DNA from: Camelus ferus
Taxonomy: Eukaryota
Assembly: GCF_009834535.1 (NCBI RefSeq)
Contig: NC_045697.1
Location: 96,226,001-96,290,000 of the forward strand
Direction of reading: 5' to 3'
DNA length: 64,000 nucleotides
Shown here: positions 44,746-58,164 of the stretch, piece after piece
Position numbering within the stretch: the first letter of the stretch is position 1
Layout: each line of letters starts with the position of its first letter
The notes under the pieces: generated by a model
Seen by the model: the letters and a program-made list of their open reading frames with translations, nothing else
Databases searched by the model: none
What the model was told of the DNA's origin: nothing
Translations under genes and position numbers: made by a program

Positions 44746-44749
44746 ATAT

Positions 44750-45290
44750 TCTGTACAGAATAATGGCCCTCCAAAGTTGACCATATCCCAGTCACCAGTA
44801 CCTATGAATGATAAGAGACCTTGCAGATGTGATTGATTTAAGGGCCTTGAGATGGGAACATTAAGCTGGATTATCTGGCTGGCCTTATATAATCAAAAGA
44901 GTCCTTCTAAAAGAAAGGAAGGAGGGTCAAAGAGAATGAGATGTGACAACAGAAGTAAAAGTGAGAGAGAGTGTGTGATGGGAGAAGAGGAGAGAAAGAA
45001 ATATATTGAAGGTGCTGTGCTGCTGGCCTTGAAGATGGAGGAAGGATTCTAAGGAATGTAGGTAACCTCTAGGAGCTTAAAAAGGCAAGTAAACAGGTAC
45101 TCTTTTGAGCCTCCAGATGGAGTGCAGTACTTCTGACACCTTGGTTTTAGGAATTCTGACGTCTAGACCTATAAGGTAATTAATTGGTATTGTTTTAAGC
45201 CACTAAATTGTTAATTTGTTCCAGAAGCAATAGGAAACTCATACAGACTTTGGACCCGGATGTGGATTGCCATTGTAACAAATACTGTTT
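44750..45290 (+). mobile_element. MLT1D-like LTR followed by a short stub of MaLR internal sequence
   Basis: cagaataatggccctccaaag..ttgcagatgtgatt..tgctggccttgaagatggagg..ttttaagccactaaatt..gcaataggaaactcataca (ends 45245), then an int-like start gactttggacccggatgtggattgccattgtaacaaatac. Confidence 0.85.
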
Positions 45291-46889
45291 CAACATAAGA
45301 AATATAAGGAAAAATAATAAATTTATGTTGGCACATTAGATAACCTAAATTGGGACACATTTCTAAAAAGGTATGAATTACCAATTGACTTAAAAAAAAT
45401 ACGGAGAGACATGCACAGCACCTATAATACTGTATCAAACAAGGCAATTTGTTTAGCATTTGTTCAATACTGGAAACTTCTTTTAGAACATTTCTTATAA
45501 AATTGATTTATTGAGCAATATAAATTCAGTGCGAAATAAATTCTAAATAATGTATTTTTTAATCAAATATTACCTTAAATGTTCTGTAATAGCTCCTTTT
45601 CAAAACCCCAAATGAGATTTTTAGCAGATTCCAATGATTTCTGGTCACTTAGTTTTTAAGCCTCAGTTGAATTTAAACACAAATCCTTACACTTGATGAT
45701 TTACTTCTGATTTTCTCCCCTCTCCAAGAGCAGGTTAAAGTCCTAATCCCGTAGACCTGAAGTGGGAATAGTGATTAGACTTCTCTTTTGCTCTTTGTTT
45801 CTAATACTTCAAAACAAAGTACAAGGAGAAGGTTTGGTTCAGAGTATCTCCTTGCCTTTCCACTTCTGCATCTCACTCTTCTGGTATTGGGAGGTTGGAG
45901 AGAGGCAGTTGGCAGAGAGGAAGCAGAGGTAACTGGTTCACTGTTATAAATGAATGAGAAACATTTCTGATGTTGTTCTGGCTCTGTCTGCTGCTATCTT
46001 CTATCTATAAAAATGGTAAGTGTGATTGCCTTAAGTTTTGATTTATGCCAGCTATTTCCATCACTAAGAATATTCTGGGCCACAAGGCCTTCCTTGGTAG
46101 AGAGAAGCCTCGCCTAACCCTGCCGTTAACCCAGTAGCTCTATGACACTTACCTCCTGTGAAAGTGACAGTCACCATTTAGGTTGTCCTCAGTGCCTGTT
46201 AAGATCTGCAGGAAATTAAGATGTGGTTCCATCGACTCTCTTTTTGGCAATCTATTCAGAGAATCCTTAGTACCTCTCTGCTCTGCAGAGGCTTCTCTGA
46301 CCTTAAGAAATTATATAGGACACAGGTAGTTTTCTTTCTTTTCTCATAAGCCATAAACTTACAAGGACAAACTCCAGCCGCCTCTTTCAGTAATTCTCTC
46401 AATGTACTCTGGTCTAAGGCCACAGAAAGGTGGACTCATTGGGTTCAGGAGTTCAAGAAAAGTTGAACTGTGGAACGGAGGCCAGGCACTGCCAACCTGC
46501 AGAAGGCTTTGCTCAGAGTCCATCTCACTATGCTGGAGGTGGGGTGGGGCATAAGGAATTGGCCACGGCTCAGCAAGAGTATAAGACAAAGTATTTTCCC
46601 TGATGACTTCCATTGCCTTTTCTCAATCCTTCCTTGTTTTGACTGTGGGTGTTACGAAGCACAGGTGGTTTTACCAGTAAGCTCTGCCACTTTGCTTTCC
46701 ATTTTAACAGGACTGCAGGATGGGAGACACTCGGAACAATTACTAGAATCTCTAAAACCAGATACTGTCGAATCTGCTATGGGTCCTGTACCCACAATAG
46801 AACAACAGTGAATGTTGCATTCTAGATAGAGCCTGATAGTTAATCATTGTATAAAATAATCTTCTCAAAAAACTTTATAACTTCAATAT

Positions 46890-47030
46890 TACAAACAATC
46901 CTCCCTTATGCTCCATTATACAGATAAGGTTTATGAAAGTTAAGTTACCTAAGGTGACATAATTAGTAAGTAGCTACATAAAGCGTACATCTGTTTGACT
47001 CCAAACTCAAACTCTAAATCACTACAGTAA
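46890..47030 (-). mobile_element. MIR SINE fragment
   Basis: ccattatacagataagg..gttaagttacctaaggtgacataattagtaagt..ctgtttgactccaaa. Confidence 0.7.
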
Positions 47031-50010
47031 ACTGAAAAATGAACAAAAGAATATGAAAATTGCCAGTCCATATTTGTAATACAGCAAGCTCAGTGATAAT
47101 GAGAGGAATAAAATTTAAAACTGGGAGATGCATTTTTATTTATATACCTGAAAGATTTTTATAATAAATGAATATCCAATGTTGACATTATACACTTACA
47201 TAAGTATGCCTATAAAATATTTGGAGCATTATAAATTCTTAAAACTTCTTTGAAAGCAGTTTAGCAATGTGTATCAGAAGTCCCAAACAGGTTCTCGTCT
47301 TTTAATCCAGTAATTATCCTACTTATGATAGTTTTAACAACATTTTAAAAAGATATTAACACTATGTAGGCATTCATTGTAGCATTATACATAGCAATGA
47401 AAACATAAATTTTAAGAATGAACAATCATTAAACATATTATGAAATGTACTATTAAAATAATATATAGTGATTAAAATGATGTCCATCTATATCATATGT
47501 TTTATTATTTCAGTTATGTGAAAGTTCAAAAAATAATGGACAGAAATTTACCATGGTGTACACATTTGTTTCTGAAGAATGGAAAACATTCTTTTCTCCA
47601 TATAATTGTGTGCATTTCTCACATATGCTCCAAAAATGGATATATCCTTTTCTTTTTGCAAGAATGTAGAAAACAGATTAAATAGCACAGATTGGGAAGG
47701 AGTAGTTACTTCTTACACTACAGAAGTTAAAAGCAAGACTATTAAACTTACACAGAAGTTCCAGCAGAAGCTGGAAGTGTTAGAAAAGATAATTATCTAT
47801 ACAGCCATGTTACAATGACAATCTTGCAAAAGTTGCATTTTTTTGTCTACTGTTTTTATTCCTTCTCCAATTCATCTTGATAGCAAATTCAGAATGAGAG
47901 TATTGACTCATTTATATTAAAAGAATGTTTGAAAAAAGATGTAAAGTTTCTAAAGACTAGATGGAGCAATTATTGTGATAAGCAAAACTAAATACAGTAT
48001 TTAGTTAAATGTTAGTGCATGAAATAAATATTAGACAAGAAAATAAGTATGTTTTGATTATATAAATATTAATATCTGTTAGGGAGAGTTTCCCATCACA
48101 TTTCCTTCAAATGAGTTATTCATTGATTTTGTTACTTGAATTATTTTATGCTAACCAATCTTGCTTGGCATTGTATAAGTCTCTTTAAAGACATGTTTAT
48201 TTTTCAATTTTTAAAAGATCTTTTTATTATTCTTTTATCTTGTATTTTCTCCAGTCTCTCTATTTTCTTAGTCTAAAACTTCTACTATGTGGAATTCTAG
48301 ATTATTCACCAGTTTGGGGGAATTAGTTGTTTTTTTTTTTTAACTTTTATATTTCATCACTCTAACATTTGTCACTGGATTCTTAGACTTTCTTAGCTTG
48401 AAAATCCATCTTAATAATTGAATTTTTAATTATTTTAATTCATACGTTCAGCCAATTACACATTAATTTATTTGTATCATGTTTTTATTTCCAGATGTGC
48501 TCATCTTTTTGTGATTATTGGTGTATTACATAGCAATCTTTACTTATTTTGTAGGTATGATACACTGTCCAATCTCTGAAAATATTATTTGCTTTGAACA
48601 TCATCTTCTCTTTGTATTGTTAGATGTCTTATATCAGGTCTGTTCTTTTGTTTCTTGAGTTTGGTGCCTCTTTCTCACTGTTCACATCTACTTTAAAATT
48701 TTAATGTTATGTAGTGCTACTTAAAATAAAATGTTATGTTGTTACTGTCTGTTTGTGTTGGTATTTAGCAAGCATTTTGCCATCCATTTAGCAATAAGTA
48801 CTGACTATGTTTCAGCTGGATACAACTAGTGATAAACATGGAAAAGTTTGTCTTTTGGAGACACAGTACAAAGGGAGGGAAGGGAAGTAGGGAAACCGAT
48901 GAAAAAAAGTATTTAAATAAATTTAAAATATAAATTTCACCTTGTTAGATATGCATTTAATAAAACAAACAGCTTGATGTATTAGAAAGTTACTAGCAAT
49001 GGTCCTTTTTTTTGATAGGGTAATTTTCTGGTCATCTCATTATTGTAGACATCAAGTTTGCCTGGATTCACTTTCTCTTTCTCATAGTTTTTCTCCATTT
49101 TAATGATCTACAGCTAGAGTGTCCTCATTTTCTTAAATTGTGGAGTCTTCCCACTCATGGGCTTGCCCAGTGAAGGCATTACTCTACTATTCTAAGCCCC
49201 ATATTCATTATTGCTGCATAAGCAAAGGTCATCGTTGACCACTGCTGGAACAATTAAATTTCTTCCACGTTAAATTATCAACACTCACGACAGCAGTGCA
49301 TGCTCAGTCTGTGGTTTCTTTTGCTAATCAGATTATTTCTGCCTTCTTTTTTTCAGAGATATATCATAGTTTCTGATCCAATAATAGACTTTTTTTTCAG
49401 CAGTCATGAATTGTCTCTAAGTACACATGACCTTCATTTCTATGCATTTGAGGTCAGAAAGGAAGGCTACACAGTTTACAATTGTTACACTTAAACTTCT
49501 ATCTTGACACAATGCCCTTTCATGACATGCTTTATTTTATGTGTCTTTGCTTGTGCAAGTAGAAGCAAGTTTATCACTAGTTAAGAACAATACAAGAAAC
49601 CTAGTGTGTCAAAACTCACATTCTCCTTCTTGGAGGTGACTACAGTATAGACAGTAAACTGAGCTAGGATGTCCTACCATTAAAAAAAAAATCCTCTGCA
49701 CATTCAACTATGTCCAAAAAGATTAGCTAATTACCTTTATCTCCTTATTCCAGTCTTAATATTGATATCCTAGTATCTCTTCATTGATAGCCTTATTTTT
49801 TTTCTCTTTACCATTGATCTGAACTTACGTGGAATACAGAGTTTACCACCAGACACACTGCATTCATCAGGCTGCTGTGCAGATGTGCCTCTCCTGTGTG
49901 ACCCATAGAACATATGTATTTGTCTCTTTTTATTGGATGGCAAACACTGATATCCGGGATCATGCATTTCTGGTCCAAATTATGCCTTCCCAGTGCCTAG
50001 CACAGTGCCT

Positions 50011-50515
50011 AGTCAAGAACCGTAAAGGATCTGAGATTGTATCTTGCTTGCATGCTTATAAGTTAGCTTGTCATATTTTATAGATACAGGCAGAAGACAT
50101 AAGAATTCTGAGTCAGATCAAGAACTTTATTACCTGTGGCACTACCAGTTGTATGAGCTTCATGTTTTCCCTGGTTCTCCATGAGGCTCCCATGAGGGTG
50201 ATACAGGTGGACCTAGAATATTATTGTTCAAGCAGTAGTTTTATGTCCCAGCTGAGGAACTTCAAGCTTAGGAAATCACAGTTTTTCATAATAGGTCACA
50301 ATAACACCACCCCGTATTTGTCACAAAGAGAGATGTTTTCTTTATTATACAACACACAAATCTGCTCTTTGTTCTATATGAAAACAATGTATCTTCCAAG
50401 GATGTTTGCTATACAAATATCCTTGAAATGATAGTCTAGAGCAAAAAGTTGTCAGTACATCTTATTGTAATATGTTTAGAAATGAGAGAGATGCATAGAG
50501 AATTGCCTCCCAACA
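50011..50515 (-). mobile_element. ERVL-class solo LTR (LTR47-like; subfamily uncertain) next to an L2 3' end
   Basis: About 505 bp. Minus strand begins tgttgggaggcaattctctatg, has aataaagttc near its 3' part and ends ttcttgact. It abuts the L2-like cagtgcctagcacagtgcct. Confidence 0.7.
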
Positions 50516-51363
50516 TTGCAAACCATGTCTTCATAACTTATGTAAATGAAGAAATAAATTATTTAATCATTGGCAATATTCAATGATATTTATAAAATTG
50601 ATATAAATACATGTGCAGTTTAGCTTATTTGGAGAATTCTCATAAATATGCTATTTAAATTCAAAGAAGAATTTGACAGTTTGTATATCTGAGTTGTTAG
50701 TATATTTATAATAATTTTTGGACATGTTGCAAAAATGATTTCTTAGAGCATAACTGTCTAACATGATTTTGTATATATTAATGATATAAACCTGATATAT
50801 CATTTTTTCATGCAGTTTGACACAAGCTATGAAATCAATGCTCCATCTGTATGTGAAAATTATATATGAAGTGTGTTTTTCAAGAAGAAATTAAATAATT
50901 ACTATTTACCAAAAGTGCATGAGCAAATTCCAAATGATGACATACATAAAATATAAAAACTAAATGGTAAAAAATGATAAATTTCTGTACTGCATTTGGG
51001 TGATCTGTACTTATGTGGATGCTTATTTATTTATGTATTTATTTATTTAACATATCTTTCAGTTGAGCTTAACTCATTTCACTGATTGGGTAGCAACCTG
51101 TTCCCTCATTGACTCTGTTACTGAAAGTCTGAGGCCAGTGTAATTCATGTTCAGTCTTTTTAGCACTCTCAAGCCCTGGTGATCTCGTGGGTCTGATAGG
51201 ACCCACTAGTGTACTCACCTGAAGTTAATAGAATCACTACTAATCCTCTCGTCTAAGTCCTATCCTCTATTTGTTCCCAGGTCTAGACTCCGTGTCTCAT
51301 AAGTTGTGCTGTGTAATCACCCTCTTCTTACCACAGAAACCCCATGACAGCTTCATTGATTCC

Positions 51364-51693
51364 TTTTTTTTTAATTGAAGAATAGTCTGTTTACAATGTT
51401 GTGTTAATTTCTAGTGTACAACATAGTGATTCAGTTATATATGTGTACATATATATATGTATTCCTTTTCATATTATTTTTCATTATAGGCTATTACAGG
51501 GTATTGAATATATTTCCCTGTACTATACAGTAGTACCTTTTATTTTTTTAATCTGTTTTGTATATAATAGTATCTGCAAATCCCAAACTCTCAGTTTATC
51601 CCTTCACTTCCCCTCTTCCCCTACTTTCTTCCCTGCCAACCATAGATTTGTTTTCTGTGTCTGTGACTCAGTTTCTGTTTGTAAATAAGTTCA

Positions 51694-51745
<52 letters not shown>

Positions 51746-52256
51746 AGATTCCACAAATAAGTGATATTACATAGTATTTTTCTTTCTCTTTCTGGCTTAC
51801 TTCACTTAGTATGACAATGTCCAGGTCCATCCATATTGCTGCAAATGGCATTATTTTATTCCTTTTTATGGCTGAGTAGTATTTCATTGTATAAATATAC
51901 CACAACCTTTTTATCAGTCATCTGTCAGTGGACATTTAGGTTGTCTCCATGTCTTGGCTATTGTAAACAGTGCTGCTGTGACCACTGGGGTGCATGTATC
52001 TTTTTGAATTAGAGTTCCCTGCAGATATATACCCAGGGGTGGGATTGTGGGATCATGTGGTAAGTCTAATTTTAGTTTTTTTAGGAATCTCCATACTGTT
52101 TTCCATAATGGCTGCACCAAACTCATTCCCCTCATTCCCACCAACAGTGTAGTTGGGTACACTTATTCCACACCCTCTCCAGCATTTATTGTTTGTGGAC
52201 TCTTTAATTATGGCCATTCTGACTGGTGTGAGGTGATACCTCATTGTAGTTTTGAT
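51364..52256 (-). mobile_element. 5'-truncated lineage-specific L1 (ORF2 C-terminus + 3'UTR) with internal (GT)n at ~51696-51741
   Basis: Minus ORFs [26 protein letters not shown] and [37 protein letters not shown] are the L1 ORF2 C-terminus. Poly(T) at ~51364. TSD-like ttgattccttt (51356-51366) / ttgattcttt-aa (52252-52263). Confidence 0.95.
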
Positions 52257-52767
52257 TCTTTAATCTCAGTGACATTCTGTATCTATGACTGGAGAACAAC
52301 TGGGAAATTATGGGACCTTTTATATTTTGCTGGAATTAGGTATTTTAACTGATCAAATCAACAATTTTACTCTGTTTCTCCTAGAAAAAGTAGGTCTATA
52401 AAACACTGTAATCTATGTTCCAGAGTCTCAAAAATGGAGACAGAACATGATATTTATTTTTCTGTGACTTTCATTGATATTATCTGGGATTTTCTCTCTC
52501 ACTTTTGAACCATGTTTCAATCCATTAAACACAGAGAATGGGAAAACTGATGAATCACTTTTATTGAGTCCACCCTCTTAACTCTCTAGCAGAAAGATTC
52601 TAAGTTCCTTTCATTCTGGTAAGATTGTTTCCAACATATCTCCTCTGACTTTTCAAAATCATCACTTGTGTTAAGCTCTTTAGTCAAATCTTCAAACTTT
52701 GCTCTTAATACGTAACCAAGTCCAGTTTTTAAGATACTTGGCTCTCTAGGGACTCAGACAATGTTGA

Positions 52768-52924
52768 AGAAATTTATATTGAATCTAATAATTTCATTAA
52801 AATATTTACATATTTTATTGCAAAGATATAATTTAAACTAAACTGACAAACTTTAGACATGCAGTCCTCTTAGAGATAACTGGTTAATTAATAACTTCCA
52901 CTGATAAATTATATTTAAGTCTTT
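52768..52924 (+). repeat. non-tandem direct repeat, copy 1 (partner 54469-54623)
   Basis: agaaatttatattgaatctaataatttcattaaaatatttaca..tagacatgcagtcctcttagagataact..taattaataacttccactgataaat..atatttaagtcttt occurs twice, 1.7 kb apart. Confidence 0.95.
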
Positions 52925-54468
52925 GAGACTCAAATGTGTTTAGGTAGTTATGAATACTTTCCACTTGAGGAATTAATACCATTTATTCAACAATGTTGAA
53001 GAAAAAGATTGCCAAATATTTAAAAATAATTTGAAAGTTATTCCAGTTATATTAATGGAACATTTAAATTTTTGTTACTTTATCATATCATTTGAGACTT
53101 AGCGATGGTGACTTCCTTTATAAATCATATATTCACATTTCACCATAAATTGACATTCCCTAAGAGCGACACAGACAAACAAGGAGATGATTTGTTTTAT
53201 CTTGCTGAGTTTTAGAGTTGAACGTTCTAAAAATTATTATCCACTCACTTAGGAAATTATAAATCTCTGTGTATGGTGATTATTTAATTAATATGGTTAT
53301 AGAGAATTACTAAAATAACATGTTTTCTAGTCTGAAAAAGATTTTTATTAAATTTTTATAAGCACCCTCACCTCATTAAGAAACTAATATACTGAATTAA
53401 TACAATGTGTTTTAATACATGTTTCTAAAATCTCATTGCACTGCACCAGGTGATTCACTGGAAATGGTGAACACAGAGGGCATTATTCCATCATTATAAA
53501 GGTCTTCAATTTTGCCATTAAAAACCAAATACATTTGCTTTTTTATTACAGTCAGCAGGATGTCCTTTAGTTAATATCTCAGTGGAAATACCAGAAAATA
53601 GTTGTATAAAATAATTAGAGAATGAATTAAAATCATCTCATATTCCTATATAACCTCAGATTTGTTCTACTGAGATTTGGGACAAAGAAATTTAAAAAAA
53701 AGAAAGACTCTTACATAGTCATTTTTGAAATCTGTTGTATTGAAATTGAGATACTTATGAAAGTTTAAAAACTGATTTGATCATGAGTAGAAGTATCTTT
53801 CTGCTTGTATTTCACTTCGGAAGAAAAAGTGTTTTAAGAAATTGTGTTTGTTTTTCAGTGTACATGTATCTCATCTGCTCACACTCTTTCTAAAACACCA
53901 GATGCAATTTAAGTAGCAAAAACATGCTGTAAAGAAGAATTGTCTCTCACCATGTAAAAAATCCAGCTATAGTAATTGATATCTGATATTGTTTAACAAA
54001 GTATTTAGAACAATGCAATGGAAGAGAAAATATAGTGTCTTTCACATGGGCTATTCAGTAATGACATTCAAAAACGGCCTATCAATGTAAGTTCCTCTCC
54101 TTTAAATGGCTAATGAAGAAATTTTATATTTAGTTTAATGTCCTCTTTAAAGAAGAGGTTTTATTTCCTCTCATAAAACAATGGATTTAATAATATGAAA
54201 TCTTTAATCATATTTCCTAGTCAGTTTCTCTAAAATCAGTTGTAGTCACCAATGCTGTCACTTGTTTTATAAAATAGATTCACAAATAGAACTATTTTAT
54301 AAACTTTATGTGACATTGTATCACTGTTTATGTCCTATAGTATAAATAATTTGTAAAGACTATTTTGTATCATATGTACTTACTGTATTGATTTTAATGT
54401 AGAAGTACTAAGTAAAGAGTTTCAGCTCTTGCTTATTTACATGATTCAACTGAAAAACTGCAGATGAT

Positions 54469-54623
54469 AGAAATTTATACTGAATCTAATAATTTCATTA
54501 AAATATTTACACATTTTATTGCAAAAATTATCATTTAAACTGACAAAATTTAGACATGCAATCCTCTTAGAGATAACTCTGACTAATTAATAACTTCCAC
54601 TGATAAATCATATTTAAGTCTTT
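54469..54623 (+). repeat. non-tandem direct repeat, copy 2
   Basis: Collinear with 52768-52924. Confidence 0.95.
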
Positions 54624-55266
54624 TCATGCATTTTATACATCCAGAAAAAGCTGAATCACAACTGCTCATCTAAATAAATTATCTAAAATTGAACACCTAT
54701 ATAATCAGTGGACATTTTTGAAAAATAGAGCATTGCCAGCATGATAGACATTCCCTTCTCACTAATGCTACTGGGGCTAGGTGTTCAAATTTAGTGTCTT
54801 GGCCTTCCAAGGAAGGGAATTCTGGTAAATTTTATACTCTGGGGGTTGGAAGCAAAGAATCCTCATGATAGTATTAAGGGTGCCCTGGAATGGACCTGCT
54901 TTCGTGGGGACTAAAGCCTAGTTTCAAGTCACTTCAATTCCTGATAAGAAATAAAGGTATACGAATGCTTTTTTTAAAATCATTTCTGGTTCTTAAAATA
55001 CAGACTTTTCCAAATTGCTGTCTGATGATGTAAACTCAGATAAATATTTTTTAAATAAATATTATTTTAAAATTGATACTAACATTTTATCCTTGTCTGT
55101 ATCTATAATGGCACAACAAAAAGCCCTAAGTGCTCATCAATTGAAAAATGTTAAATAAAGCATGCTTTAATTAAACTTTTTAATACTACACAAATAATTT
55201 CTAAAATCTACATTCAGCAAGCTAAAGGACTTTACATAAGTAAGAAAAGCCAGCTGCATAGTGATA

Positions 55267-55622
55267 CAGTTGTCCCTTGATATCTTCAGGGAGATTGTTT
55301 CCAGGACACAACCCTAATGCATCACCCAACCAAATACAAAAATCTAATGATAATCAAGTCCCTCATTTAAAATGGGATAGTATTTTCACATAACCTAGCA
55401 ATCCTCCCGCATACCTAATCATCTCTAGATTACTTATAATACCTAGCACAATGTAAATACTATGCAAATAGTTGTAAATGCAATGTGAGTGCTACATAAA
55501 TAGCTACCCTTGCAAATTCAAGTTTTGCTTTTTGGAATTTTCTAAAATTTTCCCCAAATATTTTTGATTGCTGTTGGTTGAATCCTCAGATGCCGAATCT
55601 GCAGATATGAAGAGCTGATTTT
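55267..55622 (+). mobile_element. MER2/MER2B (TcMar-Tigger MITE)
   Basis: TA-cagttgtcccttgatatcttcagggagattgtttccaggac..atcatctctagattacttataatacct..ttggttgaatcc..cagatatgaagagctgattt-TA. Confidence 0.85.
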
Positions 55623-55629
55623 ATACGTG

Positions 55630-55945
55630 TAGGTTCACGAAGTCTTACTTGCATTTCAGAACCTCTAACCTGCAAAATTCTGAAAAGTGAATTTGTTGTA
55701 AACTAATGTAATTTGTTGTAAACTAATTTGGTGATAAAGCTTAACCTGAATTGATATAAGTTTCTGCCTAATGTTGTTTTGCTTTACTTAGTGTGGATTT
55801 CCATATGCTTTACTGCAGACATAGTGATATGTTTGATCAAGGGACACTGCACAAATCCTGATCAGTTACTTGCATCACACTATCCTTCTGAAATCTGAAT
55901 AAAATTCTTAATATTGAAGCACATCTAGCCCCAAAGTTTTGAAAT
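55630..55945. mobile_element. MER46C-like Tigger MITE containing a 20-bp tandem duplication
   Basis: aacctgaattgatat..cttagtgtgga..ctgcagacatagtgatatgtttgatcaaggg..cacatctagccccaaagtttt. aatttgttgtaaactaat is repeated within 55690-55728. Confidence 0.6.
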
Positions 55946-56713
55946 ATACAATTATTGACCTAAAATGTGATTTCTTTATATTTTATAAAATAAAACAGCT
56001 AACAATCCCCAAAATATGCATTTTCAAATATTTTGAGCATACAGGTAAAAAAAAAAATAGAAAATTATATAAATGGTTATATACCATGCTGTTAACATTA
56101 TTTTCTTCAGGAATGTTGGAAAGGAGATGGGTAAAGTTAGAGTTTTACATTCTAATTTATGTCTTGCATTATTTCATTAATGACAGTATCTTGTATAAAC
56201 TTTGTAAATTCAATGTTTTAAAAAATAATTTCCATGACAGCCATTTTCCTTACTATATATTTGATTGAAATAAAGAGGATGTTTCCTCCTATGAGCCATC
56301 ATATTTCTTCTAAATCTTATGCTTAACCTTATGCCTTACTTGAAAACTTCTTGGACTCTCCCCTTTCTCAGTAAATTCTCCCTGACTCCTAATCTTTCTG
56401 GTCTCAGCCACCCCACCATATTTTGTGGTTCATTCTTTTCCAACCAGAAACCTGCCAGTTTTTTATTTTGAAATTTTATTTATTTGTCATATAAAGTAAT
56501 TTAAGTTTTCTTAGTTGAATCCTCAACCATTCATATTATACCTGAGGAGTCATATCTTTTTTTTATTGAAAATGAAGCTTAAATATGTTCCCCTGGTCTA
56601 CTTCTCTTGGGCTATTTTCATAACTGCGTCAAGCTGTTAGAAAGAAATATTCTGAATATACACATATGTAAGTTGGATAAGAAAGAAAGAGGAATGTAAT
56701 AAACCATAAGAAA

Positions 56714-56864
56714 CAAGATTTTGTGGTAGCTCACAGCGAAAAAAAATGTGACAATGAATATATGTATGTTCATGTATAACTGAAAAATTGTGCTCTACAC
56801 TGGAATTTGATACAACATTGTAAAATGACTATAATTCAGTAAAAAAACGTTAAAAAAAAAAAAA
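56714..56864 (+). mobile_element. very short young L1 3' end (camelid-type) with poly(A)
   Basis: gacaatgaatatatgtatgttcatgtataactgaaaaattgtgctctacactggaatttgatacaacattgtaaaatgactata plus an A-tail. Flanking aagaaa at 56708-56713 and 56863-56868. Confidence 0.85.
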
Positions 56865-58122
56865 GAAATGCATCTCGACATAATTGTGCCAAGGGCAAGA
56901 ATTATAAACTTTAGTAATAGGATGAGCACAGTAATGACAATTACACAGAGATAACTGAAACTCACAGGACACTACTCATACTATTTTAATATATTTTAAA
57001 TATGTGCAATTTACATACTTATTGACGTACTTATGTATTCACATGCATCATTGAAATATATAAACCTCACAAATTATATACACATGTATCTGAAATACTC
57101 AAATAGTACTTATTTAGTTTTATTATTAAATAATCAGGTTTATTTTTTATTAAACAGATATTTAGAAAAGTCATGTTTAAAATGTATAATATTCTAAATA
57201 ATGAGATTATTCATAATTGTATATTTGCCTCATGATAATTCTGTATTATACATATAGATTTTATTATATAAACACTTATTTGTTAATGTTACAGGTGACT
57301 GAAATCTATTGAATAAGTACATCTAATCCCCAGCGTTGATAAGAGAAGATTTTTAAAACCAGGTGAACCCACTGGAGTGTCTATGTTTGTGACAGTCACT
57401 ATAAAGTGCTGATTGGGAGAGAAAAACAGCTGATCAATTAATACAAAGGCAAGTTCTCCATTGGCGTTGACTTCAGTCTGTGGTAATGTACTCAATTCCT
57501 AAAATTCAAGTAATACGCATTTAAATTAAGTGCATAAATCAAATTGTAATGCCAAACACAGTTAGCTTTTGTATTACTTAAGTTTCTAGTTTATTCAGTT
57601 GTTATTCTCTTCTGTTAATATAGATGAAATTAGATTATTTGATTCCTTATTTGAATTCTGAATGTGGTATTAAATAACCAGATAAAGTCTTTGAAATATA
57701 TTTTGGAAAACCTTTTCCTTTTGGAATCCGATTAACCGTAATTTGAATCCATTTAAAGAATGCTATTGAGGAGACTGTACTGTTGTAGATGTATATGGAT
57801 ATTTATTTTTAGCTTTTGTACTGAATACCTAAGCAACCTCTATGCTTAATCCATAAAAATATCTCCTGGAATCTGTATTATTTTGTTAAGTTGAATCAAC
57901 TTAAATGCTTTATTTTAGGTCATGAAGTCCAGATTAAAGTTATTGTTGGCAGCTTTACGCAAGACATAAATAGATTTATGCTCCCTGATGATTATACAGC
58001 CCTATCTACAGCAGCAAAGCACTGTAATGAAACACCTGTTGCCTAAAAAATAGAATCCGACAAGAATCCGACAAGAGGCATGCTCAGCTAGAGCCTTCCA
58101 CAGTGCCATAATACAAAAATGT

Positions 58123-58125
58123 ATA

Positions 58126-58161
<36 letters not shown>
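58123..58161. repeat. (TA)n microsatellite
   Basis: Seen directly in the sequence. Confidence 0.95.

Positions 58162-58164
<3 letters not shown>

Noticed and set aside
51914..52244. ORFs with recognisable protein similarity
   Set aside because: Frameshifted C-terminus of L1 ORF2 in a truncated copy, not a host gene.
58052..58076. 11-bp tandem duplication agaatccgaca x2 (also short ones near 2443-2477 and 13747-13770)
   Set aside because: Ordinary slippage duplications with no spacer structure.
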